DNA of 64,000 bases from Bacteroidota bacterium (GTDB lineage: Bacteria > Bacteroidota > Ignavibacteria > Kryptoniales > JAKASW01), in assembly GCA_021825585.1 (NCBI GenBank), contig JAKAGT010000016.1:33617-97616 (forward strand). Direction: 5' to 3'. The translations under genes and the position numbers were made by a program. Below the pieces are notes generated by a model, which saw only the letters and a list, made by a program, of their open reading frames with translations, was not told the DNA's origin and did not search any database. Shown piece by piece: positions 56,307 through 64,000 of the stretch (the first letter of the stretch is position 1; the number at the start of each line of letters is the position of its first letter).

Positions 56307-56557
56307 CTCTTGTCACTCCAATTTCTCGGCAGAGCCATGAAATTGCCTTTCGACTTCCCGGTCTGTTAAATAGCGTCTCGACTCGGCCTTGACCACATCG
56401 TTTACTCCCTGACTCATCATGCTCAATATGCCAGTAAAGAAACAACACACAAGACTGCAGTTGCGTTTCATCGTGAGATTTTTTTTGCAAGCCGGTTCAT
56501 CCGCCGATTAGGGGTTAAAGCGTCACTGTTTTGGACGTTTTATTGGCTTTGTAAGGA

Positions 56558-56812
56558 ATGATTAAGGATTTGAAAGTCTTTCTCGTACTCCGTCCGGGGA
56601 GCGCGGGAGCAGGCGCCAGGGTTAGAATGCTTCTGGACGGAAAGCCGGTCGGCGCTTCCGATGCCGGCTCCGATGTCAAAGATGGGCTCGTCACCATAAA
56701 CACGTCGCGGCTCTACAGCCTGATTAATCTCAAGGGTAAGCAGGGAAGCCATATACTGCAGCTGCAGTTCGAAACGCCGGGAGTAGAGGCGTTCGCGTTC
56801 ACCTTTGGATAA
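56558..56812 (+). pseudogene. orphan C-terminal fragment of a DipZ-like thiol-disulfide protein
   Basis: 84 codons ending ...RLYSLINLKGKQGSHILQLQFETPGVEAFAFTFG match the C-terminal domain of DipZ-type proteins. A stop codon lies immediately upstream, and the thioredoxin/CcdA parts are absent. Confidence 0.5.
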
Positions 56813-57541
56813 GTGGGGGGCGCGATGGAGAACGGGTGGATTATCTTTCTCGTAATCTCTGTTGTCGGCTTCGGCGGGGTCTTCACAAGAGGTACTTCGG
56901 AGAGACCAGGCCATCATTGCAGACACGTCTTCGACGGCGGCCCACCCCCGACCGGTAAGAGATACTGCATCAATTCGGCGGCGCTGATATTCGTTCCGGA
57001 CGGCGGGAAATAGGATCAACGCCACAATTCTATCTTCACGACCCCTAAGCTGACCGAGTCTTATGAGGCGTGTGTTGGCCCTTCTTTCCTTGGATCCGCA
57101 AGCAACACGTTCCACTCTCCAGCGGCGCGTGAGTGCGCGTGCGTGTTGCCTCCGACCTTGACGCGAAGGAGCGATTTCAGTAAGTTCTCTTGTCGAAAGT
57201 AGAAAACTCGTAGCGTGTCTCAGGGGGCACTGCAATAGAGCAAAGACGGGAGTGTAGAAGCCCGGCAGCGGGGAGCCGTACGCGCTCAAGCGGGCTCAAG
57301 GATTTGCTTCAGAAATGTATTGACCAGTTTGAGAAGATGAGCAACAAGAACATCCTTGTTGGTCTGGGTGAATCTTTGTCTGACCGGCAAAAAGACTGGG
57401 CCCGTGCGAAACTTCGGTCGGATACAATCTTCTTGCTCAAGGCTTGCATGGAGAGTGAAGGGTGATACCGCACAGGAAAGGAATATCTCGTCTTTTCGTA
57501 ATTTCGATCAGGAACGAGTGTGAGTAAGGACGGGATTGTCT

Positions 57542-57570
57542 TTGACTTATCTGCTATTTATTGATATAAT
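57542..57570 (+). promoter_or_regulatory. near-consensus sigma-70-type promoter upstream of fic
   Basis: TTGACT - 17 nt - TATAAT, 33 nt upstream of the fic ATG. Confidence 0.4.
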
Positions 57571-57603
57571 CCGATATATGATGTATATTGGCTGTATGAT
57601 CCC

Positions 57604-58698
57604 ATGAAAACGATTCCCCAGAAATTCGATTACAGGATAAAAACCATCGATCCCCATATCGTGGCTCTCTTGGCTGCCATTGACGAAGTGAAGGGACAAT
57701 TCAAGGCGGGGCTTCGCATGACTCCGCAGGCGATCACCAGTTTGAAAAAATCAGTGCTCATCACGTCAGCCGGCGCCTCTACCCGTATTGAAGGTGCGAA
57801 GCTCAATGACAAGCAAGTCGAGAAGGTGATGCGCGGCCTTGCTGTTTCCAAATTCGCTGACCGCGATTCGCAGGAAGTCCAGGGTTACCTTGAGACGTTG
57901 CAGAACGTGTTCGACAATTATGACGCCTTGCCGCTCCGAGAAAGCTTGATCCTGTCACTTCATAAGGAACTCCTCAAGTATTCGACTAAGGACGAATTAC
58001 AACGCGGCAAATACAAGATGAAAGAAAATACGGTCGGCGTATTGGGCCCGGACGGCAAGGTGGTTCGAATAATGTTCGAGACAACCAAGGCGTATTTAAC
58101 ACCGAAGGAAATGCAGGAACTCGTGGAGTGGACCGCCGAAGCATTGCAGGAGAATCGGTTCCATCCGCTCCTCACCATTGCCAACTTCATCGTTGAGTTC
58201 CTAAAGATACATCCGTTCGAGGATGGCAACGGGCGTCTTTCGCGCGTATTCACGAATCTCTTGCTGCTTCGCAGCGGTTACTCATTTGTCCAATACGTGT
58301 CCCATGAGCAGCTGATTGAAAAAAGAAAAGATGAGTATTACATCGCACTCCGCAAGTCACAGGAAACATTCTCCGCCAAAGGTGGATCCGCCTCAAGCGG
58401 AAAAACCGACCATGTAACCATTACGCCATGGCTCAATTTCTTTTTGTCTGTGATCCATGAACAGGCTACCAAGGCTGTCACGTTTCTTGAGGAAGAAAAG
58501 TTCGAGGATATCCTTTCGCCAAAGCAACACGAGGTTTGGATGTATATCTCAAGCGTCGGAGAGGCAAGTCCGAGCGACATCGTGAAGGCAACTCACGTTG
58601 TCATGCCGACGGTACGTCAAGCTTTGGACAGACTCATTGAGCTTGGTAAAGTGAAACGAATCGGCCGTGGTCGCGGAACGAGGTACGTAAAGTTGTAA
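57604..58698 (+). CDS. fic: Fic family protein (AMPylase-type) with C-terminal wHTH
   Basis: 364 aa with the Fic motif HPFEDGNGRLSR, an N-terminal inhibitory-helix-like motif STRIEG and a C-terminal wHTH (VMPTVRQALDRLIELGKV). Confidence 0.9.
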   Translation: MKTIPQKFDYRIKTIDPHIVALLAAIDEVKGQFKAGLRMTPQAITSLKKSVLITSAGASTRIEGAKLNDKQVEKVMRGLAVSKFADRDSQEVQGYLETLQNVFDNYDALPLRESLILSLHKELLKYSTKDELQRGKYKMKENTVGVLGPDGKVVRIMFETTKAYLTPKEMQELVEWTAEALQENRFHPLLTIANFIVEFLKIHPFEDGNGRLSRVFTNLLLLRSGYSFVQYVSHEQLIEKRKDEYYIALRKSQETFSAKGGSASSGKTDHVTITPWLNFFLSVIHEQATKAVTFLEEEKFEDILSPKQHEVWMYISSVGEASPSDIVKATHVVMPTVRQALDRLIELGKVKRIGRGRGTRYVKL

Positions 58699-58709
58699 AC
58701 TAGATTAAG

Positions 58710-58871
58710 ATGCCTGTGGAAACCAAAAAATCGAACGGTGCAACAGTAGGTTTCGAGGAGAAGCTCTGGTCAGCCGCCGACAAGATGCGTAACAACATGG
58801 ATCCGGCGGAGTAGAAGCACGTTGTGCTTGGTCTGATTTTCCTCAAATACATTTCCGATTCTTTCGAAGAA
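58710..58871 (+). pseudogene. hsdM: type I restriction-modification methyltransferase (HsdM) N-terminal remnant with in-frame TAG
   Basis: [53 protein letters not shown]. The conserved HsdM_N motif has the expected Tyr codon replaced by TAG (58812..58814). Homology ends about 58871. Confidence 0.7.
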
Positions 58872-59954
58872 ATCTATAACAGGATACGAGTTGAGCAGGG
58901 TCTGAGTGCCATTGTAAACAATGGCACTTATGCGGTCGTAATCTCAGACATGCGCATGCCGAGGTTGGATGGCATCCGATTTCTTGCTTGGGTCAAGACG
59001 AAAGCCCCCGACACTGTTCGCATTCTTCTGACTGCATACGCCGATCTCAGGTCCGCCATGGATGCGGTCAATAATGGTAATGTGTTTCGCTTCCTGACGA
59101 AGCCGTGCCCCCCTCCTGTGCTTTTGACTGCTCTGGAAGAGGCATTGAAACAGTATCGGCTCGTGACAACAGAGCGTGAGCTTTTGGAAAAAACCTTGGG
59201 CGGGACGGTCGCAGTGATGGCTGATATTCTTGAGATGGTTGATGAAGATGCGTTCGGGCGGGCTCAGAAGGTGAGAGATCATGCCAATTTACTCGCAAAA
59301 GCGCTGGCGATCTCAAACCCCTGGGAAGTGGAAATGGCGGCATTGCTCTGCCAAATGGGGTACGTTACCGTCCCTGAAGAGGTGACGAAGAAACAAAAAA
59401 GAGGTCTGACTCTATCGAATATTGAGAGTGCCATAATTGCCCGTGTACCTGAAATTGGCAGGAACCTGCTTATCAAGATTCCGCGGCTGGAGACAGTGGC
59501 CGAGATTGTGCAATATCAGAACAAGAACTTTGATGGAACAGGCTTTCCTACTGATAATATATCAGGCGAGAAAATTCCGCTGGGTGCAAGGATACTTAAG
59601 GTATTGTTGGACTTTGTGCACCTGACAGAAGATGGATCGTCTGGTCAATCGGCCTTGGAAGAGATGAAAGGGCGGACAGGGTATTACGATCCGAAGATTT
59701 TCGACGCGGCAGCTGTTAGTATATTGGGGTCGGAGGGGGTGGATATGAAAACAGCAGAACCGAAAATGGTCTTCGTCTCAGTCGGGCATTTGTATCCGGG
59801 GCTTGTTCTTTGTGAACAGATCGAAACTGTTACGGGTCTCAAGCTCGTCTCCGCAGGGACTAAGATCACCGAAGCGATGCTTGAAAAGGTCAGGAACTTT
59901 GCCGAACTAACAGGGGTAAAGGAGCCTTTGGTTGTTGAGAAACATGGTCTTTAA
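58824..59954 (+). pseudogene. chimeric ORF: hsdM remnant fused to a 5'-truncated receiver + degenerate HD-GYP-like regulator
   Basis: After ...FEEIYNR the frame continues into the REC domain from alpha2 onward (AVVISDMRMPRLDG, TKPCPP); beta1-alpha1-beta2 are missing. This is followed by an HD-GYP-like domain in which HD is replaced (LLCQMGY) and HHExxDGxGYP reads QYQNKNFDGTGFP. Confidence 0.6.
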
Positions 59955-60170
59955 CTGTGAGAAATTGTTCACTTCTTCGAGGAAGAGGTGGTGGCTGATG
60001 GGAGCAAAGAAGAGGTGGGATACGGGGTGAAAATCGAAAATTCGGTAATCTCAGAAAGCGACAAAAAAAGAAACACGACGTCGTAGCTTCCTTGATCATG
60101 CAGTCTTTCAGGCGACTGAAGAACGGCACATTCAGCACCCGTTGAGTATGCCGTTTCTTATTTTTGAGTT

Positions 60171-60584
60171 TCAAAACAGGCCACTGCCCGATATTTTCCT
60201 CAAGGTCTTAGGAAAGAGTTTCCCTTTTCCGGTTTCCAGCCGTGTAAGGGCGGCCTCGTCAATACCCAGAACCTTAGCCAGTTTCTTGCGGCTCAATCCA
60301 TGCAGCATCCGGTACTTTCTGATTTTGTCACCTAAACTCTCTGTTGCCACGAGGTTGTCAGGGACATATCCGAGAAAATCAATGACGGCGGGGATATTTT
60401 TCGGATGGGGTTCAGTAAGGCTTAATTCCCAGTTCACAATGGTCATTTCGTCCACATGAATGATTCTTGCGACCTGTTTTTGAGTTAGCTTTGAATCAAG
60501 GCGCCTTTTCCGTATATGGTCTCCAAGGGTCATGATTACCTTTGGGTAGGCATTGGAAACGGGCTTTTTGGCAATTAATTGCAC
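60171..60584 (-). CDS. XRE family regulator with two tandem HTH domains
   Basis: 137 aa with LGDHIRKRRLDSKLTQKQVARIIHVDEMTIVNWE and LGDKIRKYRMLHGLSRKKLAKVLGIDEAALTRLETG. The likely start is the internal MTLGDH. Confidence 0.8.
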   Translation of the reverse strand: MQLIAKKPVSNAYPKVIMTLGDHIRKRRLDSKLTQKQVARIIHVDEMTIVNWELSLTEPHPKNIPAVIDFLGYVPDNLVATESLGDKIRKYRMLHGLSRKKLAKVLGIDEAALTRLETGKGKLFPKTLRKISGSGLF

Positions 60585-60591
60585 ATCCAGA

Positions 60592-61005
60592 ATGGCAACG
60601 CGGGGATGTCCATGTGGGAACTACGGCAATCCGAACGGAACATGCTCGTGCACGCAGACGCAGATACAGAGATACATGTCGAAGTCCCGGCGGTGAAATA
60701 CGCTGAGCTTTCGAGCAAGAGGTCTGGGGAGCCTTCGTCTGCGGTAAGGTCACGCGTGATGCGGGCGCGGGAAGTACAGTGCGAGCGGTTCAAAGGGAGG
60801 AAGGGACTATTCAAGAATGCAGATATGCAGAGTAAAGAGATACGTGAGTTCTGCCAGCCGGACAAATCGGGTGAAGAAGGCGATAACGAAACTCGGGCTC
60901 AGCGCGCGCGCATACGACAGGATACTCAAAGTGGCGAGGACAATCGCGGACCTTGCTGACAGCGGCGACATAATGCCGAAACACATAGCGGAGGCGATAC
61001 AGTAG
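60592..61005 (+). pseudogene. comM: 3' remnant of Mg-chelatase-like ATPase ComM/YifB, frameshifted
   Basis: Three frames carry successive ComM C-terminal segments: GCPCGNYGNPNGTCSCT..., then IHVEVPAVKYAELSS...[13 protein letters not shown], then [35 protein letters not shown]. The AAA+ N-terminal two-thirds is absent. Confidence 0.75.
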
Positions 61006-61273
61006 TAGGGAGAAGGTAGTAAGTAATACCCGCTCAGAGCCAAAGTTCAAAGGGAACTCTGCTCCCGACGCATGCTCTGGAGCAGAGCTCCTTCTGAACT
61101 GTTTGCAGCAGAATGTTCGTTGAATTTCAAACGAGGGTAGGGTAACTTCTCGGAAGCAAATGAGACAGGGCATCAGTCGTCTCCGGATCATCGAAAAGCT
61201 CCCGGCGAATGAACGAAGTTCGCGGGCTAAAACATATCTTTAACGCCCTTGAATTCCACAGTGAGAGGTTATC

Positions 61274-62512
61274 ATGTCGACCGAGACAGTTCTTGAGAGA
61301 TTTCTCCGATACGTAAAAATCGATACTCAATCGAAGGAAGACTCCGACACTTATCCGAGCACATCAAAGCAGCTCGATCTGCTTAATCTTCTCGACAAGG
61401 AATTGAAAGAGCTCGCAGTATCACAGGTCGAATTAGACAAGTACGGTTACGTGACGGGGACTATTCCTTCGAATGTTCAGGCGAGAGTTCCTGTCCTCGG
61501 ACTGATCGCGCATGTGGACACTTCGCCGGAAGCAACCGGTGCGGATGTGAAGCCGCAAGTGATCAGTGAGTACAAAGGCGGCGACATAGTGCTGCCGGGC
61601 GATCAGAGTATCGTCATCAGTGAATCGGAAAACCCTTCGCTGAAACTCGCGCTCGGGAAATCGATCGTGACAAGCGACGGGACTACACTTCTGGGTGCAG
61701 ACGACAAGGCGGGTGTTGCCGCGGTAATGACCGTAGTGCAGGAACTCATGAAAGATCCGAAAATTCCGCACGGCGAGATCAAAATTGGCTTCACACCTGA
61801 CGAAGAAGTGGGCGCCGGAACGAAGTACTTCGACATAAAGAAATTCGGTGCCGAGTTCGCATACACCGTCGATGGCGATACCCCGGGCGAGCTCAACAAG
61901 GAGACTTTCAGCGCCAACTCGTGCATGGTCACCGTGGAAGGACGCGATATTCATCCCGGCACGGCAAAGAATGTGATGGTGAATTCCGTGAGAGTCATTT
62001 CTGAAATCATTGCCCGTCTCCCGAAGGATATCTCACCCGAGACGACGGAAGGTTACGAGCCATACATACATCCTTATGTATTGGAAGGCGGAGTCGGCAA
62101 GTCTTCCGTCAAGATCCTCTTCCGCGATTTCAGGACAGAGGGACTCGACAAGCTGAAGAAGATCGTCGAAGGCGTCGTAACAGAAGTGCAGGCCATGTTC
62201 CCGAAGGCGAAGATCGGCATGAAGGTCACTGAGCAGTACCGGAACATGCGCGAGGGCGTGGAGAAAGACACGCGAGTGGCGGATTATTTGTTCGAAGGCG
62301 CGAAGAGAGCCGGGCTCGAACCGGAATGGAAACCTATTCGCGGCGGTACGGACGGCTCCAAGCTTACCGAAGCCGGGCTTCCCACTCCCAATGTGTTCAC
62401 CGGCGGTGCAAACTTTCATGGGCGCATGGAATGGGTAAATGTCTGGGGAATGGAAAAGGCGGTGGAGACCGTGCTGAACACGCTCAGGATATGGGCGGAG
62501 AAGAGCAAGTAG
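61274..62512 (+). CDS. pepT: peptidase T (tripeptide aminopeptidase, M20B)
   Basis: 412 aa with ERFLRYVKIDTQS, AHVDTSPE and GADDKAGVA motifs. Confidence 0.95.
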   Translation: MSTETVLERFLRYVKIDTQSKEDSDTYPSTSKQLDLLNLLDKELKELAVSQVELDKYGYVTGTIPSNVQARVPVLGLIAHVDTSPEATGADVKPQVISEYKGGDIVLPGDQSIVISESENPSLKLALGKSIVTSDGTTLLGADDKAGVAAVMTVVQELMKDPKIPHGEIKIGFTPDEEVGAGTKYFDIKKFGAEFAYTVDGDTPGELNKETFSANSCMVTVEGRDIHPGTAKNVMVNSVRVISEIIARLPKDISPETTEGYEPYIHPYVLEGGVGKSSVKILFRDFRTEGLDKLKKIVEGVVTEVQAMFPKAKIGMKVTEQYRNMREGVEKDTRVADYLFEGAKRAGLEPEWKPIRGGTDGSKLTEAGLPTPNVFTGGANFHGRMEWVNVWGMEKAVETVLNTLRIWAEKSK

Positions 62513-62655
62513 GTAGTATGTAACAGATTGATGGAAGTTGAGAAATAGTGTGAATGCTGACAGGTAGATGCGAAGGTTCGTCGGGGGACTGAGCTGATTC
62601 CAAATATATAGATGCTGATTACCGAGAGTAATTTCACCATTTAGAAGGAGTGGCA

Positions 62656-64000
62656 ATGGACCGGTCTGAGGAAGCCCGCTCTGCGGAACAAGAATCCAGG
62701 ACTCTTCCTGAGAATGCATTCACAGAATTGAAGGAAGGCGAAGAATATCAGCCGGTAATGTCTCCGGCAAAGGTGTACCCCGAAGTCACTGCCTGGTCGG
62801 TGACATGGGGACTCGTGATGGCGGTGCTGTTTTCGGCGGCCGCGGCGTATTCGGGTTTGAAGATCGGGCAGGTGTTTGAAGCGGCAATCCCGATCGCTAT
62901 ACTCGCAGTCGGCGTCACCGGACTGGCGAAGAAGCCGAACGGACTCGGCCAGAATGTCATTATTCAATCGATAGGCTCCGCATCTGGGAGCGTGGTCGCC
63001 GGTGCGATCTTCACAATTCCGGCGCTTTACATACTCGCGCTGCCCGCAAGTTATTTCCATATGTTCATGGCATCGGCCTTAGGCGGCTTCATCGGCATAC
63101 TCTTCCTGATACCGTTCAGGAAATATTTCGTGAAAGACATGCACGGAAAACTTCCGTTTCCAGAAGGAACGGCAACCACGGAGATTCTCGTCACCGGCGA
63201 GAAGGGAGGGAAGGAAGCGCTTGTGCTGGTAATCAGCGGCTTAATAGGGGGTGCATTCGACTTCACATTCAGTGCCTTCGGTCTGTGGTCTGAGGTTATC
63301 ACAAGCCGCATTTTCTCATGGGGACAGGCTTTGTCCGACAAGTTCAAGATGGTCTTCAGGCTCGATGTCTCGGCGATGATACTCGGTCTCGGTTACATAA
63401 TAGGATTGAAATACTCCGCCATCATCGCGGCAGGTTCCTTCCTCTCGTGGTTCGTGCTCGTCCCGCTGGTCTATGAAATCGGGAGGCATCTTACGACGCC
63501 GCTCGGGGCCGGCGTTACAACTCTCATTTCACAAATGGGACCCGGTGACATTTTCCAGAATTACGTGAGGCAGATCGGCATCGGCGGAATCGCTATGGCG
63601 GGAATCATCGGAATTGTCCGCTCGTCGAAAATCATCGCCGGGGCCTTCAAACTCGCCTACAGCGAGATTGTCCACCGAAAATCGGGCGGGGAAGGGAATA
63701 CGATCCGGACTCAGACCGATATAAGAATGCTCTGGATCGTCACGTTAATTCTGCTTGCCGCGATTGCGGTCTTCGCCTTCTTCATAATCGGGGTCGTTCC
63801 CTCTGTGTTTCAGGCGGTTGTCTCGCTCCTGGTCGTCCTGATCATCTCCTTCCTCTTTACGACAGTCGCGGCCAACGCAATTGCCATCGTCGGGACGAAC
63901 CCTGTATCCGGAATGACACTCATGACTCTGATATTGTCGTCGGTGGTACTCGTACAGATAGGACTTACAGGGAAGTCGGGTATGTTAAGTGCAATGATAA
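62656..64000 (+). CDS. OPT family oligopeptide transporter (3'-partial, runs off the window)
   Basis: ATG 62656 follows AAGGAG. The frame stays open to the window end (about 448 codons). OPT motifs present: FPEGTATTEIL, GTNPVSGMTL. It is absent from the ORF track because it is incomplete. Confidence 0.9.
   Translation, partial: MDRSEEARSAEQESRTLPENAFTELKEGEEYQPVMSPAKVYPEVTAWSVTWGLVMAVLFSAAAAYSGLKIGQVFEAAIPIAILAVGVTGLAKKPNGLGQNVIIQSIGSASGSVVAGAIFTIPALYILALPASYFHMFMASALGGFIGILFLIPFRKYFVKDMHGKLPFPEGTATTEILVTGEKGGKEALVLVISGLIGGAFDFTFSAFGLWSEVITSRIFSWGQALSDKFKMVFRLDVSAMILGLGYIIGLKYSAIIAAGSFLSWFVLVPLVYEIGRHLTTPLGAGVTTLISQMGPGDIFQNYVRQIGIGGIAMAGIIGIVRSSKIIAGAFKLAYSEIVHRKSGGEGNTIRTQTDIRMLWIVTLILLAAIAVFAFFIIGVVPSVFQAVVSLLVVLIISFLFTTVAANAIAIVGTNPVSGMTLMTLILSSVVLVQIGLTGKSGMLSAMI

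Noticed and set aside
56313-56471. 52-aa sORF (MKRNCSLVCCFFTGILSMMSQG…) ending 6 nt before the GH5 start.
   Set aside because: The N-terminus is signal-peptide-like, but there is no SD, unlike most genes here, and no recognisable family. Evidence is insufficient to call it.
56540-57289. 249-aa minus-strand ORF in the gap between the DipZ remnant and fic.
   Set aside because: It is antisense to the DipZ-like fragment at its 3' end. The translation is Arg/Ala/Ser-rich with no recognisable domain and there is no SD. It is probably a chance ORF in decayed DNA.
59890-60174. 94-aa ORF overlapping the XRE stop by 4 nt (a possible toxin partner).
   Set aside because: Only the first ~35 residues look protein-like. 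The rest is Pro/Arg-rich and runs antisense into the neighbouring gene end. No toxin family was recognised.
1-64000. A scan for CRISPR arrays, rRNA genes, integrases/transposases, reverse transcriptases and IS inverted repeats.
   Set aside because: No regularly spaced direct repeats, no rRNA-like sequence and no recognisable recombinase or RT motifs were seen in any ORF. Mobility of the accessory regions is inferred only from gene debris.

Overview
This 64-kb window looks bacterial. A T9SS C-terminal sorting domain on a secreted glycosidase suggests the FCB group (Ignavibacteria/Bacteroidota-like), but that is inference only.

**1-23.9 kb and 26.5-43 kb: mostly housekeeping.**
- dedA, dapF, coaE, rny, zapA, and the conserved thrS-infC-rpmI-rplT-pheS-pheT block.
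- tRNA-Leu and tRNA-Val, a peroxiredoxin, relA/spoT, ruvX, mtgA, thrB and der.
- Transporters (NiCoT, two APC permeases, BioY), a serpin, nth, sucC, gatB and tpiA.
- A 1192-aa predicted outer-membrane protein and a BON-domain protein.

**43-54 kb: accessory module, the most interesting part.**
- A radical SAM/SPASM enzyme is followed by an unannotated 35-aa Cys-rich sORF with a strong SD, a candidate RiPP precursor.
- Upstream of the enzyme lie a 28-bp perfect palindrome and a sigma-54-like promoter.
- Further upstream, one operon encodes a MacB/FtsX-type ABC exporter and a receiver-less sigma-54 activator.
- That operon is divergent from an NtrC-type response regulator and a sensor kinase with no periplasmic domain.

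**Candidate RNA elements.**
- A 6S-like RNA sits between zapA and rny.
- A roughly 330-nt structured thrS leader ends in an intrinsic terminator 21 nt before the start codon.
- Decayed tRNA-Val fragments flank the intact gene.

**Decayed regions at 23.9-25.4, 54.1, 56.5 and 58.7-61 kb.**
- These hold many orphan gene fragments, including a Fic / hsdM-remnant / comM-remnant island.
- No rRNA, CRISPR array, integrase or transposase was seen.

All calls come from reading the sequence and the ORF translations. No searches or folding programs were run, and RNA ends and start codons are approximate.
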